NCBI RefSeq assembly: GCF_006345805.1
Contig: NC_043008.1
Location: 49,786,001-49,850,000 of the forward strand
DNA: 64,000 nucleotides
From: Octopus sinensis
Lineage: Eukaryota
Direction: 5' to 3'
This document shows positions 26,982-40,317 of this stretch, one piece after another. A model generated the notes under the pieces. The model searched no databases. It had not been told where the DNA came from and saw only the letters and a program-made list of their open reading frames with translations. The position numbers and the translations under genes are program-made. Positions within the stretch are counted from its first letter, which is position 1. Every line of letters starts with the position of its first letter.

Positions 26982-27420
26982 TAGAATTAAAACTTCCAAG
27001 AATTTCTTTTTTTAAAAAACTGCAAAATTGTCCATAACATTATTTGGAAATTTTCAAATATTAACACTCAAAATTTACTCTGCCAGATTCTTCAATCCCT
27101 TTAACCACATTTCAACAATATTATCATCATCACCACCATCATCATTCATCATCATAATCATTATCATCACCATTCATCTTCATCCTCATCATCAGCAGTT
27201 TTTCCATGTTGGTATGGGTTGAAAGAGACTTAAGGCATCATTCTATTGAATGAAGTATATGTGTTCCACTGGTCTTTCACACCTTGAATCAACCAATGAA
27301 AACCACTAAGCTACAGGCTGTACTGTTTACAGGAGACAAACATAGCATCACCATTGTCCAAATGGTATCAGTGCAAAGAACATATAGAAAAAATAAACAG
27401 ACAACAGAGCATATCCATAC

Positions 27421-27473
<53 letters not shown>

Positions 27474-28773
27474 CAGACTTTAAACGATGATGATGATGAT
27501 ATATATACATGTATCATGCATGATTGTGATCATTGTTTTGTATCAAATTTTCCATTCTAGCAAGGGTCAGATAGGATTTGTTGTGGCAGATTTCCTAGAG
27601 CTGGTTGTCATTTCATGTCTCCCATCCTCACCTATTTCCAAGCAAATTAATATTTTCCCATGACTGGATATGTTTTTAACAGAAGGCTGGAAATGAACAG
27701 CATCACTTCTATGATGATAATGCTTGTTTACAATCATTCCTTGATATTGAAACACACACACACATACATATATATAAACATATTTACATACATACATATA
27801 TACGTATATGTATATTTATATATATGTATATGACAGGCGTCCTTCAGTTTCTGTCCACCACATCCATTCACAAGGTATTGGTGGACCTGTGGCTATAGCA
27901 GAAGACCTTTGACCAAGGTCTGCACAGTGGAACTGAACTCAAGACCACATGCTTGGAAAGCAAGCTTTTTCATCACACATCCACATATATGATTTTTACT
28001 GTCTTCCATGCCGATATGGTTTGTGTTGTTGAACAGTATCCAACAGATCAAAGAAGCATGTCTTGCTCCAGTCTCTCAGTTTTGGCATGGTTTCTATGAT
28101 TCCTTCACAATACCAACCAATTTAAAGCATACACTGGATGCTTTTTTCATGGCACCAGCATTGGTGAAGTCTCTATGTAACTCAAGACTGAAAAGCTCCC
28201 CTCAGCAGAGGGTTGCCTTTATGAGAGATGTTGAGAGGTAAAGGCATGAAAGAAGGGACAGGAATAGGTTTGTTGTTGTTGAAAAGATATGTGGCTGCCC
28301 TACATTATATGGTGTTAGGTGGGAGTAAATGTGGTGGTCCTGAAATGCGAGATAAAAATGGGGGTCGTAAGGTGTTTGAGGAAACTCTCAAAAGCATGTC
28401 TGCACACACACTCAATCTGAGAAAACCCTCAAAGCATGTATGCACACACACATACATACACTTACATACAACAGGCTTCAATGCAGTTTCTTTGTACAAA
28501 TTTACTCCCACATGTTGCTCATGGTGAGGCTTTAGAAAAAGGCACTTTCCCAGGGTGTCTTTCTATAAAGCCTCACACCCCTTTACTGTACACTCCTTTC
28601 ACAAGATGTGCACTATAGCATCAAATCTAGTTACCTGCAGGTGCAAAACAAGTTATTTAACCACAAAGTCATCCTTGTAACAGGTTTCTTTTTATGGATT
28701 TTTTTATATTAACAAATAAATACCAACAAGATATTGTGTGAGTGTAATCAATTAAAAACCGTTAATTGATTAA

Positions 28774-28926
<153 letters not shown>

Positions 28927-29299
28927 TAGTAGGAGTGGTTGTGTAGTAAGTAGCTTGCTTACCAACCACATGGTTCCGGGTTCAGTCCCACAGCGTGGCA
29001 CCTTGGGCAAGTGTCTTCTACTATAGCCTTGGGCCGACCAAAGCCTTGTGAGTGGATTTGTTTGACGGAAACTGAAAGAAGCACGTCGTACATATGTATA
29101 TATATATATATATATTAATATATATAAGGGTAGCAAAAATATTCTAGAAAAATATATATATATATATATATATATGTTTGTGTGCCAGTGTGTTTACATC
29201 CCTGTAACTTAGCGGTTCAGCAAAAGAGACCAATAGAATAAGTACTAGGCTTCCAAAGAATAAGTCCTGGGGTCGATTTGCTCGACTAAAGGCGGTGCT

Positions 29300-29665
29300 C
29301 CAAAGTATCCTGCCTGTTTTACGTTCAACCTGGCCAGATCTGGTCTCTCACACCAACCCTACAATATCATTCTAAAAATTATAAAACTTATATCTCATCA
29401 AAATCTCATAGCCAAAAGATAATGCATGATTAGTTCAAAACAATATGAATAAAAAGGCATTCATTTTGGCAGAATAATGTGAACACTAAAGGGTTAAACC
29501 ATTTCTTATTATATTTCCAGAGAACTTAGTAAAACAGCTTTGTAATTAAATCATAAATGAACATGAAAATTTGATGGAAAGCTTCAATTTAGATCACTTT
29601 AAAACAAAGTTTGTATCGTAGTTAGAAGGACAATTTCAGGGGGGTTGGTATGAAAAGAGTTAAAA
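29300..29665. mobile_element. Adjacent degenerate piggyBac-like MITEs
   Basis: Ends ctaaagggTTAA (~29490) and ggtatgaaaagagTTAA (~29660); related to the 44461 and 49020 copies. Confidence 0.55.
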
Positions 29666-29779
29666 CAGGATGTTTTTATCATCAAACCATGGGTGAACTT
29701 AGGCTGGTTGGTATTGAAAAAACCTTCTCTGTGAATTTGTTTTAATTATATGATGGTCACCATTGTGAGCAAGAAATGA

Positions 29780-29941
<162 letters not shown>

Positions 29942-30819
29942 TGAGATATTGGTTTCTTTATTGACTAGTCATCACATAGATGTGAGTTCAAATCCCACTT
30001 GAGCCTTTGTACCAGTGTTCTCCCTGGATGTTTATTATTACGCATTTCCTATCATAGATGCCAGCATGGCTAAATGGTTAAGAAGCTTGCTTCCTAACCA
30101 TGTGGTCTTGGGTTCAGTCCACTGCATAATGCCTTGAGTTAATGTTTTCTACTATAGTCTCAGACCAATCAAAGTATTGAGTGGATTTGGTTAATGGAAA
30201 CTGAAAGAAGCCCATCATATCTACACACACACACATATGCATACATATGTTGTGTGTGTTTGTGTATATCTTTGTCTGGACATTAAATGATGGTTGTAAA
30301 CAAGCATCACTGTCATATGAGCAGTGTCATTCATTTCCAGTCTTCTATGGAATCTTGTCTGGCGATGCCAAAAATATTACCTTTGTTGGAAACAAACAGG
30401 AAAGACGGTCAACTGTACGAAATAAATTTGCCTCAACAAATTCTGTCTTGATTGATGCAAGTATGGACCAGTGGACATTGAATGGTGTTGATTATGATGG
30501 TTTCCAGTTTACAGCTCAGCTGTAAATAGCTGCTGCTTTGTCACCCCCCCCCCAAGTTGTTAAATTCTTGCACCAACAATACATAAACAAATGTGTAGAA
30601 AATATTCCAGCTCATAAATTGTAGAATAAAATGGATTTCATAAGAACAATATAAAAGATTTTTCTAGGAAAATAAATATTTACTGTTAAAAGAAAATGGT
30701 TGATATAATTTCTTAAGAGAGAAATTACATTCCCTTTCTTAAGCAAAATTTACTTTTTAAAGAAAATATTTTCTGCATTAGAGTCTGTTTGTCCTTGCAT
30801 AACACACTTAAGTATAAAC

Positions 30820-31070
30820 CTGTTTTTCCCAACACACTTGTGTGTAAGCATCTCCTTCCCAACACACTGGCTGTGTATATCTGTCCTTCCCCAAGACACT
30901 CATGTGTAAGCCCAACACACTGCCGTGTATGACTGTCCTTCCTCGACAATCTTGTATGCAAGCCTTTCCTCCCCACTTCTTGTATGCAAGCCTTTCCTTT
31001 CCAACACATTTGTATGTATATCTGTCTTTCCTATCATACTTTTGTGTATATAGCTGTCCTTTCCTCGAAG
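30820..31070. repeat. Degenerate ~30-bp minisatellite in TPI intron 4
   Basis: Recurring ccttcccaacacac..tgtgtat/gtaagc units. Confidence 0.6.
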
Positions 31071-31327
31071 CAGTGGGTGCTTTACTGTCAGTTACCTCAC
31101 TGTGTCTTGAATGCCTACTTCTAATAATATTGTTGCTAAGAATAGTAGCAACAATTCTATTATAACTGATTATTACACTCTGTTTAGATTTCTAGTTTTG
31201 ATGTGTTAAAACAGTAAATATTAATACATTCTTCAGAAATATTGTCTAATTAAGAAATGTCTAAAAGTAATTATGAAGACATAGTAATTAGTCTATTTGA
31301 TATTTTTTGATGATTTCAAGATTTTGA

Positions 31328-31546
<219 letters not shown>

Positions 31547-32819
31547 TGACTTAAATAATCCTTTCTTTGTGTGGGAGGGGCATAGTCAATTACATCAACC
31601 CCAGTATTCAACTGGTACTTATTTCATCTAACTTGAAAGGATGAAAGGCAAAGTCAACCTCAGTGGAATTCGAACTCAGAATGTAAAACCAGAAGAAATG
31701 CTACTAAGCATGCTAACAATTGTGCCAGCTTTTAATAATGGTTTCAGATTTTTGAGTTCAAAGCCAACCATTTTTATTGGTGGGTGAGTAAATTAATTAC
31801 ATCAACTCCAGTATATGGCTGGTATGTACTTTGTCAACCGTCAAAGGGTGAAAGGTAAAGTTGACCTCGGTGAGATTTGAACTCAGAACTTAAAGACATA
31901 CGAAATGCTATTCAGCATTTTGTCTAACATGTTGATGTTTCTGCCAGCTTACAACCTTCCTTAATAATAAAAATGATGATGATTATTTCAAATTTTGTCA
32001 CAAGGGCCTTAATTTTGGGGGAGGGAGGGGGGAGTCAACTACATCAACCCCAGTGTTCAACTGGTATTTATTTTATCGACCCCCAAAAGAATGATATGTA
32101 ACTTTGCACTCAGCAGAATTTGAACTCAGAATGTAGCGACGGGCAAAATTCCGCCAAGCATTTTATCCAGCATGCTAACAATTCTGCCAACTTGCTACCC
32201 TACTACTGCCATCACTACTACTACTACTAATAGTAATAATAATAACCAACACATTACACAACACACAATACAAATAGTGATACAACAAAAGATGGCACAA
32301 CACCTCAAGAGCAAAAAAATAACTAACACAATACAATACTGTGAAGTGTTTGCACACACCCAACCGCAGAAAAGAGCCCACACTGCTGCACACACCCAGC
32401 AACATGGAGGTGTAGCTGGTGATGCAGTAGAAATTTGCCTCAAACTACCAAATGTTGAACAATTATATAATAATAATAACAATAATAATCCTGTCTACAA
32501 TAGGCAAAGGACTAAAATTTGGGAGAAGGGAGTTAATTGCATCAACCCCCTGTACTCAACTGATACTTATTTATCAACCCCAAAAGGACAAAAAGCTAAG
32601 TCAATCTCAGCAACTCAGAACTTAAGACCAGAAGAATATTCTGCTTAGCATTTTGATTGAAATGCTAACAATTCTGCCAACTTTTTGCCTTAAGTTACCT
32701 TTTACTAATGAAGAATTTCTTTAAGCGCCTGATATTAAACATGGTGACAGTTTTTTTTTTGTTTGTTTTTTTTTCATGTCAGCTTGCTTCAGAATCTATT
32801 GAAGTTAATAATACTCAGG

Positions 32820-33265
32820 CTTATGATTTCCCACAGAAATGCTGTGGTCATTAAGGGCTTTTAAACCTTCATCTGCCCTTGAAGCACATAAAGAAGGCCC
32901 TTTATGTTCTGGATGGAACTTACACTCGCCTCCTTATGAGAGCTCAAAATCTCTCATGGGAGCGTCATCCAACCAAAGTACAAATAAATGGGAAATTACC
33001 ACCTGTATCATCTCTTGTGAAAGGTAGAAGAGTCCAGTTTGCTGGACATTGTTGTAGAGCTGAAAACAAGGTCATTTCTACTCTTCTCCTCTGGAAGCCA
33101 TCTGCTCGCGATACCAGAGGGCGCACACTCTCCTACCCTGATGTAATCTCCAGGGATACAGGCATCCAGCAGCAGGACCTCTAATGTTATGATGGACCAT
33201 GAGGTCTGGTGTAACATAGTAAATTCCATTGTCTCGACCACAGTTGAACAATGATGATGATGATG
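32820..33265 (+). mobile_element. RTE-like LINE 3' fragment with (GAT)n tail
   Basis: LDGTYTRLLMRAQNLSWERHPT..RRVQFAGHCCR..LLLWKP. Confidence 0.85.
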
Positions 33266-33379
33266 TATAATTCATATGCTGGTGTGGCTGTGGTTAAGAA
33301 GTTTGCTTTCCAACTGTCTGGTTCTGAGTTCACCCCCACTGTGTGGCACCCCACAGTTCTATAGCTGTGAGTCTATTAG

Positions 33380-33649
<270 letters not shown>

Positions 33650-35308
33650 AAAGGAGTGACTGAGTGTAATTTGTTGACTGTTAATCATTAATCTCTCTTG
33701 ATCTCTAATCCTCTACTGATGTTTATAAAATAATTCTAGAAAGTAAAATTGTTCTATTCACCCAAGTTACAGTAAATACGCAATGAAAACTTTCCATCTC
33801 TAATTTTTTTTTTTTCTTTCAATTCACTCAATTTTTTTTAGCAAGGTTTTCATATAGTCCTGAAAAGATTGAATCAGTTAAATTATTTATCTCGAAAATA
33901 AAATATCAACACAGTTTATTTGTTATTGATCTTTATTCCTAATTGAAAATTGGTTCATTTATTGGGTTTTAATTTGCTTTTCCTTGATGATATGTATGTG
34001 AGACTGGGTGTGTATGATATAACAACACTATGTAAACATTTGATAATAACTTTTATTTCACCACACAAGTGATTTTCAGGTTGGTCACGAATTTGAAAGT
34101 TTCCACAATTCAACATAATTTCAAGAATAACTCTGCATCATTCATAAATACTTGATTGCAAAAACTCTGTGCAGAAACTTGCCATGACAGGAGAAAATAT
34201 ACACATTAGAGTCATATCGGTCAACTATAACGACATATTCAGGTTGAGCAGAAGTTGTTGAAACAACGATTATAAATGACAAGAGTGTGTGGAGCTAGAC
34301 TGTGGGTTGCCACACACTGAAAATTGGCATTTAAAACAAGGCTTTATATAACCCTTGTACCACTGTGTTCCAGAAGGATCTCGAATGATCTATCTCATGA
34401 AGTCTGGCTGCTGATTGGTCAATAACTCAACCTCTCATGTAAACAAGGCTGTGTTATGTCATGACTTAAGCTTCACAGTCTGGCAACTCAGTTTTGAGTC
34501 TTGCTTCAAATTCTTTGAATTGTGCACAATTTCATTTCTTAACTCTCATTACTATGAGACTGTATGTACTAGTCCTTTATATGCTTTGTGTATCATGTAA
34601 TAGTAGTAGCAGTATGGGGCATATGCTGAAGGAATGTACAAAATGTTTTGGGTATGCAACCAGTAAACCACCACAGAGAGAGAGAGAGAGGAAGTAAGAG
34701 GTAAATAATAGGAGTGGTGGTAGCAGAAGAGGAAGATATGTTGAGACAGGGAGAATAAAGAAATAAAATGCTGCTAGCATAACTATGTAATAAGTAAGGT
34801 CTTAATCACAACTAGGAGAGATCATAAAAGCTTTACGTAATGGACATGGACAAAAGTGGAATAAAATTTATGCTTACATGAGAAGATAATGTCAGAGAAC
34901 CTATTGTGTAATGAGGTATTATGATGGCAAAGGATTGCGAGTGATTCCCTGCAACACAGCTTACAAATATGGGGTTAGTATTGTACAGGAAGGCTCCATA
35001 CGGTACAGAGAATATTCTGGGATTTGAGGTAGTTTATGCAGTTAGGGAGATAGAAAGTTTAGACGCTCCATTTGAGAATAAACATGTGAGTGCAGTAGTG
35101 ACACTTGAAATCAACAGTGTTGCCAATATAGACCCTAGCCTGGTGGGAACGAGGGTTTACTACTCAGCATTTATATATGACATTATAGCATAAACAAAAA
35201 CCATGCAACAGACATAGTTAAAAGACCTGACAGTTACAGGTTTTCCTACTAGCAGTGGGCAGTATATGTATGCTTCAGAACGAAGTGCTTGTGGAGTACA
35301 GAGCAATA

Positions 35309-35940
35309 ATCATCATCATCATCATCGTTTAGCGTCTGTTTTCCATGCTGGCATGGGTTGGACAGTGCAACTGGGGTCTGGGAAGCCAAAAGGCTGCACC
35401 AGGCTCAGTCTGATCTGACAGAGTTTCTACGGCTAGATGCCCTTCCTAACACCAACCACTCCATGAGTGTAGTGGGTACTTTTTACGTACCACCAGCACG
35501 GAAGCCACTTAAGGCGGTGCTGGCAACGGCCACGTTCGGATGGTTCTCTTATGTGCCACCGGCACTGGTATCACAGCTACAATTTTCATTCATGTTGATC
35601 GATTTTGATTTTTGATTTTGAATTACACTTGCCTCAACAGGTCTTCACAAGTAGAGTTTTGTGTCCCAAGAAGGAAAGGTATGCATAAGTGGACTGAGGC
35701 CATGGGTTATGGTCTCACTTGTCCTGCCAGGTCTTCTCACGCACAGCATACTTCCAAAGGTCTCGGTCTCAAGTTCGAAGGTTGTGCTTCACCACCTCAT
35801 CCCAGGTTTTCATGGGTCTGCCTCTTCCACAGGTTCCCTCAACAGCTAGGGTGTGGCACTTTTTCACACAACTATCTTCATCCATTCTCGCCACATGGCC
35901 ATACTAGCGCAAACGTCTCTCTTGCACACCGCAACTGATG
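35309..35940 (-). mobile_element. RTE-like LINE 3' fragment (same family as 8645-9693)
   Basis: Reverse-complement similarity to 8900-9690; (ATC)n tail at left end. Confidence 0.85.
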
Positions 35941-36034
35941 CTTCAATAATAAGAAAATGAAATAACAAATGAATAAGCAGTTATTTTATGAACTTTATTT
36001 GCTAAGTAACACCTTTAAGCTCTGTTGGAGCCTC

Positions 36035-36116
36035 AGACTCTGATGAAGCTATAACATGTTACTCAGCACTCAACTGTGAATACACTGCATCTAATAGCAG
36101 AAACAGCTGTAAGGTA
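36035..36116 (+). ncRNA. Solo hammerhead ribozyme motif
   Basis: CTGATGA(36040)-a-gctat...atagc-a-GAAAC(36100)-agct-GTA; palindromic stem III acagctgt; weak stem I. Confidence 0.6.
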
Positions 36117-36635
36117 TTGAAGTTCAGAAGATAATCTTTATTCCTTTGTTGCCTCATTTTCTGAGATAGATAGATAGATATGTATGTATGTGCATGGATG
36201 CATTACCTACTCACTTGCCCATCCTCCTCCTAAGTTTATATAATTGCAACCTATGTCCCCACATGGCTGCCCATGATTTCTTAACACCAATTTACATTTG
36301 TGGTCGTGAGGGCCTAGATGGCAATCCATTGTTCCTTGGCCCCCAAAGAAATTCTAAGTTACTTTAGCAAAGGCAGGTTGTCCTATAAAACAATTAATTA
36401 AATTCATTTACACACTCACATATGCATAAGATATTCCAAATATATACACATATATATATATGGAATATCATAATGGTTTGCAGCCGTTTACTCAACATGC
36501 AGGAATTGAACACCTAATTTGTATATCTTTAACTACCTTTGAAGAGATTTGACTTTCAAATAATTTTTTAATTTAATTAATTTTCTGAAGGACTGGAATT
36601 GAAACAACTGTAAGGGATGTTTGTCAATTCTTTAA

Positions 36636-36666
<31 letters not shown>

Positions 36667-36918
36667 GGGCAGGCTCAAGAGTCATACAAAGGCTTCACAT
36701 TGCATCAGTAATGAGTCATTTCAGTGATTCTTTCTACCAATGGCTTTGCTAATATATGAGAAAGCAGCTAATATATATTTATATATATATATATATATAC
36801 ATACATACTTATATTAGCTGCTTTCTGGTATACGAGCAAAGCCATTGCTAGAAAGAATCACTGAAATGAGTCATTACTGATGCAATGTGAGGCCTTTGTA
36901 TGACTCTTGAACCTGCCC
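36667..36918. mobile_element. Older foldback: ~109-bp arms (36667-36775 / 36810-36918) around an (AT)n spacer, with decayed hammerhead-like core
   Basis: Arms roughly 90% complementary; gagtca-tta-CTGATG..GAAGC..GTA-tgactc; abuts (AT)n on the left. Confidence 0.7.
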
Positions 36919-37523
36919 AGAGATTTGCACATTCTATTCCATAAAGCACAACAGTGTTGGCTGGCAGAAGTAACAGGTGCCACAGTATGATCTCTTTTGA
37001 CATACCTTTTCAATCCAACAACTGAAAGGCACACCTTTCCACATGTTCTATTGTGAACAACAGCCGTATCACAATTTACCATGGGTCGATTCCTGTGAGT
37101 TCTCTGATGGCTGACCAGGTCTGCACGACTTGTGTCTCCGGTAATTTTCTTTCCTGTAAATAAATGTTTATGTTAATTTAAAAGATTTATCCAAAAAAAG
37201 ATTTTTCAAAGACTTTTACTATAGCAACAGGCAAAAGAGTTCTTATGTCTGCTTCTTACTATCAAAACTGCCTTGAATGTGTCTGTGGCTTACAATTGGT
37301 TAAAATTACCAAAATTTTCAAACTTTAACTACTAATAACCCTTAATTTATTGATTTACAGCAAAAATTACTTCTACGTCATTAATTAGCCTATAAAAATG
37401 TAACATTACACTGAATATGAAATCAATTCAAACAGAAAATTGATGTTGGCGGCCACTGGTAACCAAAACAAAAGATCCGCCTTGTGAGTGGATTTGGTAG
37501 ACAGAAACTGAAAGAAGCCTGTC

Positions 37524-37557
<34 letters not shown>

Positions 37558-37963
37558 ACAGCACGGAATTTTGTCAGTGAACAGGTTGCGGTTTCAAAGC
37601 GATGAAAATATTTTGGCAAATTAAATTTAAATGTTGAAGTGAATCTAACGGTTTTTGTGTTTTTCTTAAATGGCTTATAAACACCTTCCACGCTGCAATT
37701 GTTTTTGATTCAGCACATGATCTCAGATAAGGTCACTTGCTATGCAAGTACATCTCCGTTTTATATATGTGTGTGTGTGTGTGTGTGTGTGGCGTTCCTT
37801 TGATAGAACTCAACAACATCAGAACAAAAATTCGACTCTTTCCGTGATGATATATATATACCGGAGTAAACACATAAATGTGAAACAAGGTGGAAAAAAG
37901 AGTACTCAAATACCAGTGGTAGAGTAATATGCTTTATTTAAAGCAGCAGAAATTCAACAAAAT

Positions 37964-38001
37964 CTGTTACTCTGAGTTTCTCGTTGCCGTTCATCAGACA
38001 G
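37964..38001 (-). ncRNA. Inverted copy of the minimal hammerhead
   Basis: Exact reverse complement of 38338-38375. Confidence 0.82.
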
Positions 38002-38337
38002 TTTTTGCTAGAATGGAACCGATATATCAATTCAATCTAGACTCTTACAAACGCTACACCTTTAAAAAAAATGGACTTGTTTGATTGGCCCTTTAGAAAT
38101 GACGGTCAATCTTCGAGCGATAAACAAAAAAAGCTCAAAAATATATGTATATATATAAAAAAAAATATATGTATATATATATATATATATATATTTATTT
38201 TTGAGCTTTTTTTGTTTATCATTCGAAGATTGACCGTTATTTCTAAAGGGCCAATCAAACAAGTCCATTTTTTTTAAAGGTGTAGCGTTTGTAAGAGTCT
38301 AGATTGAATTGATATATCGGTTCCATTCTAGCAAAAA

Positions 38338-38375
38338 CTGTCTGATGAACGGCAACGAGAAACTCAGAGTAACAG
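38338..38375 (+). ncRNA. Minimal type I hammerhead ribozyme
   Basis: ctgt-CTGATGA-a-cg-GCAA-cg-a-GAAAC-tcaga-GTA-acag; GNRA-capped 2-bp stem II. Confidence 0.82.
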
Positions 38376-38910
38376 ATTTTGTTGAATTTTCTGCTGCTTT
38401 AAATAAAGCATATATATATATAAATATGTTTGTGTGTTTGTGTTTGTCTCCCCACCATCGCTTGACAACTGATGTAGGTGTGTTTACGTCCCTGTAACTT
38501 AGCGGTTCGGCAAAACAAACCGATAGAATAAGTACTAGGCTTACAAAGACTAAGTCATGGGGTCGATTTGTTCGACTAAAGACGGTGCTCCAGTATGGCC
38601 GCAGTCAAATGACTGAAACAAATAAAAGAATCTTTCCTACTCTAGGCACAAGGTCAGAAGTTTTGGGGGAGGGGTTCAGTCGATTAGATCGACCCTAGTA
38701 CGCAACTGGTACTTAATTTATCGAACCCCAAAGGATGAAAGGCAAAGTCGACCTCGGCGGAATTTGAACTCAGAACGTAAAGTCAGACGAAGAGAAAGAA
38801 ATAAAAGCATAAAAGAATGTGTATCTGTATATAAAACACACAGCCATCTCTACATCTGTCGACAGAAATCGAAAGCAATAAATAAATAAATAAAATCAGG
38901 GGCAGATAAT

Positions 38911-38941
38911 TTTAGCGCCAAATAGAAATATCTCCCGCAAA
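38911..38941 (+). promoter_or_regulatory. E2F sites, putative TIPIN promoter
   Basis: Near-palindromic TTTAGCGCCAAA (38911-38922) and TCTCCCGCAAA (38931-38941) in CpG-richer sequence. Confidence 0.6.
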
Positions 38942-38992
38942 CTTTTATCGCTCCTCAGCTGTGACTTGTTTACTACTCTTTGGTTTTTGTTG
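38942..38992 (+). other. TIPIN: Candidate non-coding first exon of TIPIN (5' boundary uncertain)
   Basis: TTG|GTATGT donor just downstream of the E2F sites; the first coding exon has an acceptor 16 nt before its ATG. Confidence 0.45.
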
Positions 38993-39339
38993 GTATGTTT
39001 ATATTTTTAATTAACTGCTTTATTTTCTAATTATTTTAGAGATGAGTATTAATGTCAATAAATTCTTTTTTAATATAAATATTTCGAATATATTGTTTTA
39101 TATCTTCTTTTATAGTTCGATTCATATCCGTCGTAATAACTTCAGTTTTTATGTCCCCGTTACTTAACCAGGTCTTCCGATTTTTATGTTAATGAATAAT
39201 TTCACATTTTTTTAATGTTGTATGATGATATCTAACAAGTTATTGAATTGTAAACTTCTTTTTACCTGGGTAAAAGCGAAAACAAAATAATTACCACAAA
39301 CATTTTACCAATATAATCGTCATTTACATCATATAAAAA

Positions 39340-39469
39340 GGGCAGAGGTAAAGAATACGATACCACCCGTTTTCGGCGTAACCCTATCCCTATCTCTAAC
39401 CTTAAACCCTAACCCCTAATTCTAACCCTAACCCTAACTACCCGGTGTGCGTATTCTTTACCTTAGCCC
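39340..39469. mobile_element. 130-bp MITE-like element with 20-nt terminal inverted repeats enclosing degenerate (TAACCC)n
   Basis: gggcagaggtaaagaatacg ... cgtattctttaccttagccc (18/20 complementary). Confidence 0.65.
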
Positions 39470-39524
39470 TGAAAAGGTGTCTGTGTAAAATTTCTTTCAG
39501 GAAATATGCATTATTTAGAAACTT

Positions 39525-39700
39525 AGGACGGCGAGCTGGCAGAATCGTTAACGCGTCGGACAAAATGCTTAGCGGCATATCATCCGTCTTTACGTTCTAA
39601 GTTCAAATTCCGCTGAGGTCAACTTTGCCTTTCATAATTTCGGTGTTGATAAAATAAGTACCAGTTGCACACTGGGGTCGATGTAATCGACTTACCCCCC
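39525..39700 (+). mobile_element. tRNA-derived SINE family B (representative; others near 10760-10910, 31560-31960, 32030-32180, 32530-32690, 38630-38790, 49380-49590, 50105-50270, 57310-57465)
   Basis: ggcgagctggcagaatcgtt..gttcaaattcc head and gtcaactttgcctttcat..gataaaataagtaccag central domain repeated across the window. Confidence 0.8.
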
Positions 39701-39815
39701 TCCCCCAGAACTCCAAGAAAGAATAATATACTTATGAATTCAAGCTCTGCCGTGGTTGCGTGATAAGAAGCTTGCTTCCCAACCACATGGTTCCGAGTTC
39801 AGTCCCACTGAGTGG

Positions 39816-40317
39816 CAACTTGGACAAGTGTCTTCCACTCTAGCATGGGGCCGACCAGGGCCTTGTTAGTAGATTTGCTAGACAGAATCGGCAAAATAGC
39901 CCGTCGTATACGTGTCGGTTCTTGTCTCCCACTATCGCTTGACAACCGATGTTGGTGTGTTTACGTCCCCGCAATCTAGCAAGAGTGACCGATAGAATAA
40001 GTACTAGGCTTAGAAAGAAAAAGTCCTGGGGTCAATTCATTCGACTAAAATTTCTCGAGGCGGTGCCAACTTGGACAAGTGTCTTCCACTCTAGCATGGG
40101 GCCGACCAGGGCCTTGTTAGTAGATTTGCTAGACAGAATCGGCAAAATAGCCCGTCGTATACGTGTCGGTTCTTGTCTCCCACTATCGCTTGACAACCGA
40201 TGTTGGTGTGTTTACGTCCCCGCAATCTAGCAAGAGTGACCGATAGAATAAGTACTAGGCTTAGAAAGAAAAAGTCCTGGGGTCAATTCATTCGACTAAA
40301 ATTTCTCGAGGCGGTGC
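39816..40317 (+). repeat. 251-bp head-to-tail tandem duplication within a SINE
   Basis: 39816-40066 and 40067-40317 appear identical. Confidence 0.9.

Larger units (their letters stand above)
37861..38413. mobile_element. Foldback element: 66-nt tail + 217/218-bp arms (37927-38143 / 38196-38413), AT spacer, flanked by (AT)n
   Basis: Arms about 98% complementary; hammerhead in both arms. Confidence 0.88.

Noticed and set aside
32172-32648. 158-aa ORF and overlapping ORFs in TPI intron 5
   Set aside because: Built from SINE ends, (TAC)n/(AAT)n and CA-rich low-complexity sequence.
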